A DNA stretch of 64,000 nt from NCBI GenBank assembly GCA_021734165.1, contig JAIPJL010000001.1, positions 8,792-72,791 of the forward strand, written 5' to 3'. This document shows positions 20,958 to 29,816 of the stretch, one piece after another. Positions within the stretch are counted from its first letter, which is position 1; each line of letters begins with the position of its first letter. Origin of the DNA: a bacterium (GTDB taxonomy: Bacteria > Electryoneota > AABM5-125-24 > Hatepunaeales > Hatepunaeaceae). The translations under genes and the position numbers were made by a program. Under the pieces are notes generated by a model. The model made no database searches. It worked only from the letters and a program-made list of their open reading frames with translations, and was not told the DNA's origin.

Positions 20958-22059
20958 TTTCCCAACCTCGTACCACTATTTCAGCAGGCGTAAGGTCAGC
21001 CACAGGTTTCAGAGGCTTCGTTATCACATGTGAACCCTCTTGACGCGAGAACCATAACTCTTCACCTCTTGCCATTTCATTAATGATCTCAGGGTGATGC
21101 GAGATAATAATGACTTGTCGATCATACTCATCGCAGATATCTTTCAGGTTGTTTATCCAGGGCTGAATTTCCCTTAGTGAAACGAAATTATCCGGCTCAT
21201 CTATTAAAATTTCCGTGTAAATTCCTATCTGAAGCGCTAACATTAGGGTGTAAAGTATAATTAGTTGGCGTTGCCCATCAGATAAGGATAGAAAATCAAA
21301 ATCCCTGTCCTTGCCGTTGATCCTGAAGGTTGCTGTTAAACGACGTGACGAACCAACCTCTTTCAGACGCAAGCTCTCAAAGCCTGGAAGTACGTCTTTC
21401 AAATGCTCTTTAGTCAGGTAACTTATATTTGGGTGTTCCTGAAAGATGTAGCGACACCATTCTGAAAAGTTCTCTGCATGAAAGGATAGCCATCGTGTTT
21501 CGGATTCAGCATCTTGTTTTACAAAATGAGGTATGGGGTTAATAAGCAACCATTTTAAAACAGCTTCACGGAAACGAAGCAGCGGCTCATTGCCTTCGTT
21601 TTCAGCGATAGTAGAAATAACCGAACGACTCCAGTCTGCCCCAAACGAAACTCCCTTCTCGGGTTTACCAGTATCTCTATTGACTCGATATAGGTGTGTG
21701 TTCTTTCCGTCAAACAGGTAGAAAGTGGAATCATTCCACTTCAATTCCTCTCTATCGATCCTGATCTTGTTCTCAGATTTTAACCACTCTATGCTAAGAT
21801 TGTAATCATAACTATCATTGTCTATCAGCATTGAAAAACCAATGGTCTGCGTTGTACGCTTGTCCCATACAGTCAAATCTGAGATGCTAAATATATCCTC
21901 CACATGGTTACCTTTTAAGAGAGACTGAATGTTTCTCAAAGCGGTAAGCACTGTGGATTTGCCGGAACCGTTATCACCAAGCCAGAGCTGAAATTCTCCC
22001 GGTTGGATGCGGAAATTGGTTAAACACTTGAAATTGTCAATGTAAATTTCTTTTATCAT
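20950..22059 (-). CDS. AAA_21/ABC-type ATPase of the OLD/PARIS AriA/RloA-like family
   Basis: Walker A is GDNGSGKST. A LSDGQRQ signature-like motif is present. Walker B is ILIDEPDNFVSL, and IISHH follows. Confidence 0.75.
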   Translation of the reverse strand: MIKEIYIDNFKCLTNFRIQPGEFQLWLGDNGSGKSTVLTALRNIQSLLKGNHVEDIFSISDLTVWDKRTTQTIGFSMLIDNDSYDYNLSIEWLKSENKIRIDREELKWNDSTFYLFDGKNTHLYRVNRDTGKPEKGVSFGADWSRSVISTIAENEGNEPLLRFREAVLKWLLINPIPHFVKQDAESETRWLSFHAENFSEWCRYIFQEHPNISYLTKEHLKDVLPGFESLRLKEVGSSRRLTATFRINGKDRDFDFLSLSDGQRQLIILYTLMLALQIGIYTEILIDEPDNFVSLREIQPWINNLKDICDEYDRQVIIISHHPEIINEMARGEELWFSRQEGSHVITKPLKPVADLTPAEIVVRGWENE

Positions 22060-22236
22060 CGTTGATCCTTTCTTCTGTGCTTGTTGAATATCCCTTTCAG
22101 CAAAATTAACATTATATGTCTCTAAATCAAAACATTATTTAATAAAAGTGGTTCTTCGCTTAATCGTATGGTTAATGAATTTAACACTGCTGTCTAAAAT
22201 AAATTACAAACGTAGCGAGCTTTGTTACTCCGAATA

Positions 22237-22917
22237 TCAAACAGCGCATGTTCCCGTTCCAAGTGCTTTAAAGCTCATCCCTTTATCGAGCAAAGTTCTC
22301 AAGATACCAGGCAGCGCTTCCAACATATTATCGACATAATTTCCTTTGTCATGGAGCAGGACAATATCTCCTGGCTTAACCTTCTTAACGATACGCTCAA
22401 CGAGTAACTTTGGTTGTATCGGTCGATAATCGCCTGCCGATAGCGACCAGAGAACGATTTGCATATTCAAGGATTTTACAACTGAAAGCAGGGGTAATCC
22501 TATGCGTCCGTAAGGTGGACGAAACAACCTTGAATTGCACAATCCGGCGTCGGATATTGCGCCTATGGAGCGGTTGATCTGATCGAGTACGGTTTCTCTT
22601 CCTGCCCAGACAAGCGAGCGATGGTCGTAACTATGACTTGCCACGGTGTGACCTGCTTCGTAAGTCTGTTTGATGATGTCAGGATATTGATCTGCCTGTG
22701 TTCCAATCACAAAAAACGTTGCTTTGCAGTTATACTCGTTGAGGATACTCAGCAGTTTAGTCGTATTAACCGGATCGGGACCGTCATCGAATGTTAAATA
22801 TATCCCATCCGGATCTCCTCGGCTGATTACGTTTGGAAATATAACTGAAGCAGCTTGTGGAAAAATATCTGAAAACATCAGGCTTTCCCCTTGCTCTGAA
22901 ATTGCTGCCCTTTCCAT
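22237..22917 (-). CDS. Polysaccharide deacetylase (NodB homology domain, CE4)
   Basis: FDDGPDP...ATFFVIG...HTVASHSYDH motifs. Confidence 0.85.
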   Translation of the reverse strand: MERAAISEQGESLMFSDIFPQAASVIFPNVISRGDPDGIYLTFDDGPDPVNTTKLLSILNEYNCKATFFVIGTQADQYPDIIKQTYEAGHTVASHSYDHRSLVWAGRETVLDQINRSIGAISDAGLCNSRLFRPPYGRIGLPLLSVVKSLNMQIVLWSLSAGDYRPIQPKLLVERIVKKVKPGDIVLLHDKGNYVDNMLEALPGILRTLLDKGMSFKALGTGTCAV

Positions 22918-24029
22918 TCGAAGCTGCTGAAATGTCCTCCAATTACAAACATTACCGTAACTAAGGGATAGATAAACTCGAGAATGAAAAACTCTGAAAG
23001 ACTATATTTTTCACAGAATAAACTGCTGCCGAGACTGAGCGCCTGCCAGTCAACCAGTAGCCTCATGGCTACCCAGATGAGAAAATACCGCCAATCAGAC
23101 GCAAGATAAGCAATGATTGGGCTGATGACCAGCAATAGTAAAAACAAAAACACACCGGCAAGGATAACCTTGCGTGAAGTTCGGTAGTAAAGTCCTTTAG
23201 AACCCCAGCGGATGCGCTGATGCCAAAGTTCTTTCAGTGTTGTTACAGGTTTGGTTTCAACGATTGCTTCCGGTAAGGCAGCGACAGCGATCTTCCAGTC
23301 GGTATTGGCGGCTTTAGCGAGTAATAGTTCATCATCACCGGAGATTATTTTTTCATAACCATCCCAGCCGTTTATTTCATCGAAGAGCTGTTTACGATAA
23401 GCAAGGCTTGCGCCTGTGCAGTGAAAGGGCATTCCGGCGGCGACAAGTCCTGCAGATGCATATCCTAAGGATTGGAAATCGAGAAATTGCAGCTTTTGCC
23501 AAAATGGAATTCGATTTTTGTTATTAGCGACAAACCGCGCTTGCCCAACTACCATTCCAACTTCAGGCGTCATTGTCGTGACAAGTGCGCGTATCCAGCC
23601 GGGATCATGTTTACAGTCAGCGTCAGTAGTTAATATTATCTCGCCTGTGGATGCTGCAATGCCTTTCTCTAATGCCTGCTTTTTAGGACTGATCCCTTGT
23701 GTTATTTCGCTTTGTTTGATAAGCTTGATTCTTTTATCTTGCTCGGAGAATTTCCTGACAATCTCAGAAGTATCATCTTCAGAACGATCATCTACAATGG
23801 TGATCTCCATCAAATCATGCGGATAGTTCTGCTTGAGAAGACTATTAAGCGTATCCGAAATGTTTTCCGCTTCATTGCGAGCTGCTATAATGATGCTAAC
23901 GCGGGGAGTTGCTTCCGATTCTTGCTGCGGCGTCATTTTCAGGCGCATCAGCCCGATGACAATACGGTTAAGTAACAGTAAATAAAAAAAGCCGCCGATG
24001 GACAGTATTATTTTCCAGACAAGTAGCAA
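22878..24029 (-). CDS. Family 2 glycosyltransferase, membrane-embedded and processive-type
   Basis: VSIIIAARNE...IVDDRSEDDT (DxD), TDADC and QRIRWG (QxxRW) motifs, with N- and C-terminal TM segments. Confidence 0.85.
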   Translation of the reverse strand: MLLVWKIILSIGGFFYLLLLNRIVIGLMRLKMTPQQESEATPRVSIIIAARNEAENISDTLNSLLKQNYPHDLMEITIVDDRSEDDTSEIVRKFSEQDKRIKLIKQSEITQGISPKKQALEKGIAASTGEIILTTDADCKHDPGWIRALVTTMTPEVGMVVGQARFVANNKNRIPFWQKLQFLDFQSLGYASAGLVAAGMPFHCTGASLAYRKQLFDEINGWDGYEKIISGDDELLLAKAANTDWKIAVAALPEAIVETKPVTTLKELWHQRIRWGSKGLYYRTSRKVILAGVFLFLLLLVISPIIAYLASDWRYFLIWVAMRLLVDWQALSLGSSLFCEKYSLSEFFILEFIYPLVTVMFVIGGHFSSFEWKGQQFQSKGKA

Positions 24030-24031
24030 TT

Positions 24032-25012
24032 CTAAACTTCCTTTTTACGTTTATCGATCTGAAGACGACTGATAAACAGAACGCCAATTAAAGCAGGTAT
24101 CAGTACGTTCATGGCGAACATGAGGATGGAGGCGTTGAAAGCAGCTTCAGGAGAAGCGCCGAACTGACCGAAAAATTGTACGGATACAAGCTGATCTACT
24201 CCGAGGTCGGCAATAGCAATAGGTAAAGCTGTTTTCGCAAAGAGAATAGCTGCTGCGCCGCGTATGCTGGTGAATATGTCTAACTGAGCAAAACTGCTGA
24301 TTAGCAGGTAGTACTGGACAAGGAATACAATGTAATGCGCAAGAGTCAACAGCAGCGTAAACCGCGCTTGCGGGGCGTTGAAATAATCCAAGCCATGCGC
24401 CAGTTGAGCGATTCTGTTTCGTCGCGGAAAGGTAATTTGAAGTGAATAGATAAGGCTTCTAATGGGTCGAGGATCAAGCGCCAAATAAAGCAGCAGCAAT
24501 CCAAGTATTAATACGAGGATAATAATCGAGATAAATAGGTGTGTTTTGGATATAAAGACATCCATCTCGATAATATCGAAAGTTCCGAGCTTAAATATCC
24601 AGGGTAATGTTATCAGGGCAGGAAGTCCGAATGCTACAGTACAGCCGATGTTGTAAAATTTATCAATTATCGTTAAACCGACGAGGTTCAGCGTATTGTG
24701 TTTGATAAAGAAACCGCGTCCGTATTCACCGATACGTCCCGGAGTCACAATACCGAGTGCATAACCGCCAAGTAATGAACCGAGTGACTCATTGAAGGTG
24801 ATGCCGGGATAAATAAGCCTGACGAGATAGCGCCATTTATACTCGGTCAGCCAGATATTCAAGGGCATGAGCAGAAATGCGGCAATTACAAGGCTATATT
24901 CCGCGGAGCGGAAAGCAGAAATGATAGCTTCCATGCGGATGGTGCGATACATTAAGCCAAGCAGAACAACAGCAACGGCGACTTTAATCCAGAATAGCGT
25001 TCGTTTCTTCAT
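24032..25012 (-). CDS. UPF0104 / lysylphosphatidylglycerol-synthase-TM-like (flippase-like) integral membrane protein
   Basis: Eight or more TM segments and the typical ...GGYALGIVTPGRIGEYGRGFF segment. Confidence 0.65.
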   Translation of the reverse strand: MKKRTLFWIKVAVAVVLLGLMYRTIRMEAIISAFRSAEYSLVIAAFLLMPLNIWLTEYKWRYLVRLIYPGITFNESLGSLLGGYALGIVTPGRIGEYGRGFFIKHNTLNLVGLTIIDKFYNIGCTVAFGLPALITLPWIFKLGTFDIIEMDVFISKTHLFISIIILVLILGLLLLYLALDPRPIRSLIYSLQITFPRRNRIAQLAHGLDYFNAPQARFTLLLTLAHYIVFLVQYYLLISSFAQLDIFTSIRGAAAILFAKTALPIAIADLGVDQLVSVQFFGQFGASPEAAFNASILMFAMNVLIPALIGVLFISRLQIDKRKKEV

Positions 25013-25938
25013 TAATAGACTGATTTACGAGGCAGATACAAATTTCTCAAGCCCTCTGTGCAGTTACGACACATCGGTATTTTATCCCTGCCTCCGTGAT
25101 TGACGACGTGTTGGAATTCTCTGATCGTTTTTCCTTTCCAGATTTCGCGCCAGGGCTGTTTGAAAGCATTGCCCATTGAGTGAAAGTCGTTGGTACTAAA
25201 ACAGCAGGGCAGTACATCCCCGTTCCATGCAACTACGGCGGAGTGAGCAAGTCTGCGGCAATTGGAGCGTGTTCTGTTCATCTCAAGATGATCGTTAACA
25301 AGTTTATACCGCCATAGCCTTGGGTCATCCGGCAAATGAGTCAAAGATTCTTCCAAATTTTCCGGATGCGAAACCCTGTAGGTCTTAAATTTAACCTCGT
25401 CAACTCCCAATGACAAGGTTAAATCATAAATAGCTTTGAATTGTGATTTTGATTGGCGTGAAATTAAACACTCGACGATGACCTTTGGTTTTCGGCTGCC
25501 GAGGCTCTTGCGAGCTTCAACGAGCGCGCGAACGCCTTTCTCAACGTCCGTCAGTGAACCACCTTTTCTGATGCGAGAATATGTTTCTTCATCAGCTCCG
25601 TCTATACCGATGCTAATTCTATTCAATCCGGATTTTACAATATTTTCAGCTAATCCACTTTTAGACAGCAGGATGCCGTTGGTATGAGTCTGAGTCCAGA
25701 TTTTACGCCGTGTCGCTTCAGCAACCATTGCAGTAAAATCGGGAGCAACGAGGGGATCGCCTCGGTGCCAGAGATTGAGGAATCTCAGCCAGGGTAATTG
25801 TTTGATGACATGGACGAAATACGCGATGCGCATCACGCCTCCGCCTCTACCGGAGGCGGTCGGGCAGTCAGGACAGTCAAGATTGCAGGCTGCGGATGGC
25901 TCCATCCAGAGCATTATGGGAGTCGGAAAACGAAACAC
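25012..25938 (-). CDS. Radical SAM enzyme with a C-terminal SPASM/twitch auxiliary Fe-S domain
   Basis: CNLDCPDC, which is the Cx3Cx2C radical-SAM cluster. Additional C-terminal Cys clusters are CRRLAHSAVVAWNGDVLPCC and CRNCTEG. Confidence 0.8.
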   Translation of the reverse strand: MFRFPTPIMLWMEPSAACNLDCPDCPTASGRGGGVMRIAYFVHVIKQLPWLRFLNLWHRGDPLVAPDFTAMVAEATRRKIWTQTHTNGILLSKSGLAENIVKSGLNRISIGIDGADEETYSRIRKGGSLTDVEKGVRALVEARKSLGSRKPKVIVECLISRQSKSQFKAIYDLTLSLGVDEVKFKTYRVSHPENLEESLTHLPDDPRLWRYKLVNDHLEMNRTRSNCRRLAHSAVVAWNGDVLPCCFSTNDFHSMGNAFKQPWREIWKGKTIREFQHVVNHGGRDKIPMCRNCTEGLRNLYLPRKSVY

Positions 25939-25940
25939 GC

Positions 25941-27002
25941 TTATTCTGTTTTTCCGCTTAATTTATCCTTTGCCAGCTTTCCAAGCTCCTGTAAATGCTT
26001 TATGTCGTTTTTCTTTCTATCAGCCACACTTTTAGAGAATTTCAGTTTCGATGCAGTCTCCTCTGTTTTTACAACTTCTTCCCATTTCCCTAACTCAAAA
26101 TAAGCAACGCCTAACTTGTGCAGACAATCAATTTCGTTATAATAATTGTTGCGTTCATCATTAGCAACTAATAGATACATCGGTTCCAGCAAAGTTATCG
26201 CCTCTTCCCATCTCTCGGATTTAATCAATGCTCTTATCAGCAGCCAGTTAAACGCTCTGACATTATTGTATTCTTTTAACAGATCTTGCTCAATACGGAT
26301 TGCCTCTTCGTAATTACCCTTCTCATAGGCGATCCAGGCAAGGCTGTTGCGAGCGGATATTCTGGTCAGGCTGCCATACTCTGCGGCTATCTCTAAATAT
26401 CTGAGACCTTCATCACGTTGATCAGGAATAATGCCGATGCTTCTAAGTATCCCTGCATATTTGCTGCGATAATACTTATACATGCCCAAGCCGTAATACA
26501 CATCCCAGTTTGTCGAATCAAGTTCAATAGCTTTTTCGAGATAATTACCACCGTTAATTACATGTTTTATTGACTTGAATAATCTACCCTGACGCTGGTA
26601 TATAACCGAACGGTACAGCTCTGTCATACCGCGATAAAACCAGAGTTCCGACGTTTGATCGGCGTCCTTGAGCTTAGCTTCAACTAACTGATCCGTTCTA
26701 TCGCAGGCATTCAGAATATCAGGGAAATCAATTTCGTCTTCATAGTCCATAGCACGGGCGGACAGAATGGTCGCTTTAAGCAGAGGAATATATGGATTAT
26801 CCGGTTGAACAGACCGAATACTGTCGATCAGCGTTAAAGCTTGGTCGTATTGTTCGCGTGTACCAAGATCGATGATGGTTTCGCTTAGTTTACTGGTTCT
26901 GTTAATATCTTTGGTTTCAGAGCAGGTTGCTTTGTTGCCAAATCCAAAGTGCAGAACGAATAGGATTAATAATATGTTTTTTATGTTGTTACTTTTTACC
27001 AA
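25941..27002 (-). CDS. Secreted TPR-repeat protein
   Basis: Signal peptide plus multiple 34-residue TPR-like repeats (W-LG-Y...A-..). Confidence 0.6.
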   Translation of the reverse strand: MVKSNNIKNILLILFVLHFGFGNKATCSETKDINRTSKLSETIIDLGTREQYDQALTLIDSIRSVQPDNPYIPLLKATILSARAMDYEDEIDFPDILNACDRTDQLVEAKLKDADQTSELWFYRGMTELYRSVIYQRQGRLFKSIKHVINGGNYLEKAIELDSTNWDVYYGLGMYKYYRSKYAGILRSIGIIPDQRDEGLRYLEIAAEYGSLTRISARNSLAWIAYEKGNYEEAIRIEQDLLKEYNNVRAFNWLLIRALIKSERWEEAITLLEPMYLLVANDERNNYYNEIDCLHKLGVAYFELGKWEEVVKTEETASKLKFSKSVADRKKNDIKHLQELGKLAKDKLSGKTE

Positions 27003-27136
27003 TTATCAGGTCTTTTCTTCATCGATGAGTATAAATCTTTGTTGCATTTGAGTTGCATATGAATTGCGTTTGTGTTGCGTTTGTGTCATGTATGAACATC
27101 TTGTATATTAAGCACATAAGGAATAACTTTGCGTTT

Positions 27137-27403
27137 TTATGGTTTATTTTTGTGTAAACTTTCTATAAACCAGAGTGAATCTCTTCTATTTCCTGTTTTA
27201 TATATTTTCCGCTCATTTCTGAGTATTTTAAGCAGCCGATAAATTTGATCTTTTGTTAAATCAGGTAATACATGCAATAAATCCCTCATACGACTTCCTT
27301 TTTCATTAAATGTGGTGATGTGCTGTATTAACAATGCTTTATTAGTTTCTTCATTTAATCCTTTCCTTCGAGTATAAGTTCCTTTGTCGTCAAATAAAGT
27401 CAC
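27137..27403 (-). pseudogene. Orphan 3' gene fragment encoding only a C-terminal wHTH module, paralogous to the C-terminus of the 543 aa protein at 27808-29439
   Basis: About 50% identity to ...GEKGTYTRKKGLDKETNKALLLEHIKTYNKEGSTMSEFMQVLPDL... of the neighbouring gene. A GTG start sits inside an 18 bp inverted repeat, and there is no upstream remainder of the gene. Confidence 0.5.
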
Positions 27404-27694
27404 TACTGTCCCGTTAAAAGTTAAATAACAAAAATTGTTTATGATTTGTAAGGTTAAAGTAACATTATAATAATCTGTAACTACTTGAGAAAACTAAACT
27501 TTCTTAAATAGTGAAATGCTTAAAATTTGTGATATTTCATTAAGACTACGTTAATCAATTTCAAATCGAAAACAGTTTTTGAGAGACATTTATCTTGTAA
27601 TATTCGTTAGTTATACGTTTTTTCTAAATCCTTAACGGGACAGTAGTGATACTTTTATTGTACTTTTATTGTACTTTTATTGTACTTTTATTGT
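27400..27694. repeat. An 18 bp perfect inverted repeat pair, tcactactgtcccgttaa at 27400-27417 and its reverse complement at 27633-27650, flanks 215 bp of AT-rich DNA. A 4x 11 bp tandem repeat (acttttattgt) at 27651-27694 follows immediately.
   Basis: Read directly from the sequence. Confidence 0.7.
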
Positions 27695-27807
27695 GTAAAG
27701 TATAGGTCGTATATATATTAAATACAAGTACTTAAAAATTTCTTATGTGTGAATATTGTATTTTTGGTGTAAAAAATTTACATTGTTAATAGATTTATGT
27801 AACAATT

Positions 27808-29439
27808 CTACATAGTGAACCAATGGGCGGCTTTTGTAGCACCAACTATTTTGATTTTACCCTCATTTTTTAAGTTGTTTAACAAACTACTTATTTGTCT
27901 TCTTGACAAATCTGGAAGTACTTGCATGAATTCGCTCATTGTGCTTCCCTCCTTATTGTATGTTTTTATATGTTCCAATAAAAGTGCTTTGTTCGTTTCT
28001 TTGTCCAATCCCTTCTTACGTGTATAAGTCCCTTTTTCTCCCAAGTGCGAATAGTACTTTCTGGATAGTATCAGATGATGTTTGCCTTTTTCGGGTCGCT
28101 CAACTACGTTATGCTTTAGTAGATGCTGGATTCTTTTATTAACAATATCTCGCTCAAGGGTTTTTGGGTATCGACCTTTCTTTCGGATGGAATCAAGGAT
28201 AAGATAATCTTCTGAAGAAAAATTAGTCTGAGTTTCTTTGCCGATCTTTTCAAGGAAACTTATAAAACCAGGATCTTCGATTTTACCCGATAAATCTACC
28301 ACAACCTCAGTTCTATCTGATTGTGAGTAATCCGGCAGAGCTTTACTCTCCATAATACACTGTCGGAACATCAATCTTGTCCCTTGATTTGATCTCTCAA
28401 CTAAACCGCACTTTGCGAGGACGTCAGCTATTCGACGGTTGCGTGGAACTTGTTTGGTGAGGATGTTTTCAGGATTGACGCCTTCCGGGAAACCGCCTGG
28501 ACTGCTAACTGAAATTTTCTCCGGGTACTGCCTGATGAAAACTGAACCGGGATGACGATAATCACGATGACTGATAGCATTAAGTATGGCTTCTCTGACA
28601 ACTTCTTCATTCAGACTCTTGATATCCCATTTGAAGAAGCCATCCTGAATATATTGTCTTGTGTTTCGGTTATCTATAATTTTCCATAAATCGTCAAAGT
28701 ACTTAAAGAAACCAACATTAAATTCTTCTCTTGCGTCATATTCAATCTTTGCTTCATTTGCTCGATATTCAAAGACAAGTTCAGAGCGGGGAATATAATC
28801 TCTTATAGCTTTCCTTTTCCCGAGCAGAATCAATGCTGCATAGGTTACTCTATTGTTAACGATGAGTTCAATGTCATTTAGCAATTGTGAATCGGTACTA
28901 TTTCGAATGTCTTTATTTCCTGATTTGATACTCCATATATTCCTCAGTTGATGAATAGCCTCATCATCAAGATCGGTTAGTGATGCCCCTTTACAGATTT
29001 CAGAAGAAAAATCCTGATGCTCCTCGTCAAGGATTTCTTTGAGTGTGTTTGGCGGCATATCGCTAATACTATCGCCAATCCTCATCAAATATCTGCCTTT
29101 GTAACGTATTGGTTGACCGATTGTTCTTGACGGTATATCAAAGATTAAAACGCGCACATCAGGATGCTGAACTTCCCGAATATTAACACGAATGTTTAGT
29201 TCATCAAAGACTTTCTTTTTTATCTTATCAAGATTTTGGAATGCACTCGTTCCGACAACCAATCTTGGTAATTTGTCAGTGACGCCAAGTACCAACTTGC
29301 CGCCTCTTTCGTTTGCGATAGCCGCACAGTACATTACTGTTTTCTCGATATTAAAGCTAGATTTTGCTTCTTTGAACTCGAGGTGTTCTGTTTCTTTCAA
29401 GGTTAGCAGAGATTCTAATTCTGCTATCAAATTATGCAT
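27808..29439 (-). CDS. AlbA_2 (Schlafen-like) + HATPase_c_4 'divergent AAA'-type putative transcriptional regulator/ATP-binding protein with a C-terminal wHTH
   Basis: N-terminal AlbA_2 segment (EHLEFKEAKSSF...AAIANERGGKLVLGV). The central region is typical of the RecG-C-terminal-like HATPase_c_4 family. A wHTH lies at the C-terminus. Confidence 0.65.
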   Translation of the reverse strand: MHNLIAELESLLTLKETEHLEFKEAKSSFNIEKTVMYCAAIANERGGKLVLGVTDKLPRLVVGTSAFQNLDKIKKKVFDELNIRVNIREVQHPDVRVLIFDIPSRTIGQPIRYKGRYLMRIGDSISDMPPNTLKEILDEEHQDFSSEICKGASLTDLDDEAIHQLRNIWSIKSGNKDIRNSTDSQLLNDIELIVNNRVTYAALILLGKRKAIRDYIPRSELVFEYRANEAKIEYDAREEFNVGFFKYFDDLWKIIDNRNTRQYIQDGFFKWDIKSLNEEVVREAILNAISHRDYRHPGSVFIRQYPEKISVSSPGGFPEGVNPENILTKQVPRNRRIADVLAKCGLVERSNQGTRLMFRQCIMESKALPDYSQSDRTEVVVDLSGKIEDPGFISFLEKIGKETQTNFSSEDYLILDSIRKKGRYPKTLERDIVNKRIQHLLKHNVVERPEKGKHHLILSRKYYSHLGEKGTYTRKKGLDKETNKALLLEHIKTYNKEGSTMSEFMQVLPDLSRRQISSLLNNLKNEGKIKIVGATKAAHWFTM

Positions 29440-29464
29440 ATTTCCACCTGTTCAGTTGCGTTCG

Positions 29465-29806
29465 TTACATCCACCTGCCAACCAATCCAAACAACTGCAT
29501 GGCAACCAGATGTATCGCCAGGATTTTAATCTTCTTTGCAACGGTGTGAATTGAGTACTTATAAGTCAGTACAAGATAAAGGACGGTATATGTAATAGCA
29601 ATAGTTAAAATTTCAGAAATTACTTCATAGGTTGTTGTTTTTGACATCTCTAAAAGCAGTGCTGCCGGTAATGACAGGAGATTGGCAACAATTACCCAAA
29701 GTATCATCTTCTTCCAGCTTTGACTGTGATCCTGGGTTACAAAAACATAAGCCAGCCAGAACACCGCCGCGCTGACAAGCAGCATGATAATGGGTATGAT
29801 GTACAT
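29465..29806 (-). CDS. Small integral membrane protein (3-4 TM), hypothetical
   Basis: Hydrophobic 113 aa ORF immediately downstream of the beta-helix protein gene. Confidence 0.4.
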   Translation of the reverse strand: MYIIPIIMLLVSAAVFWLAYVFVTQDHSQSWKKMILWVIVANLLSLPAALLLEMSKTTTYEVISEILTIAITYTVLYLVLTYKYSIHTVAKKIKILAIHLVAMQLFGLVGRWM

Positions 29807-29816
29807 AGTTACCTCC

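Noticed and set aside
22237-25938. Hopanoid side-chain (hpnH/I/J/K-like) cluster, suggested by the radical SAM, GT2 and deacetylase genes
   Set aside because: The deacetylase is NodB/CE4 rather than YdjC-like. No squalene-hopene cyclase or hpnG is present in the window. The radical SAM enzyme has a SPASM domain, unlike HpnH and HpnJ.
27400-27650. Insertion sequence or MITE flanked by 18 bp inverted repeats
   Set aside because: No transposase ORF lies between or near the repeats. The interior is only 215 bp, and no obvious target-site duplication flanks the repeats. It is kept as a finding, a possible invertible segment or deletion scar, but is not called a mobile element.
27651-27694. Possible CRISPR array (tandem repeats)
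   Set aside because: The unit is only 11 bp and the four copies are directly abutting with no spacers. No cas genes are anywhere in the window.
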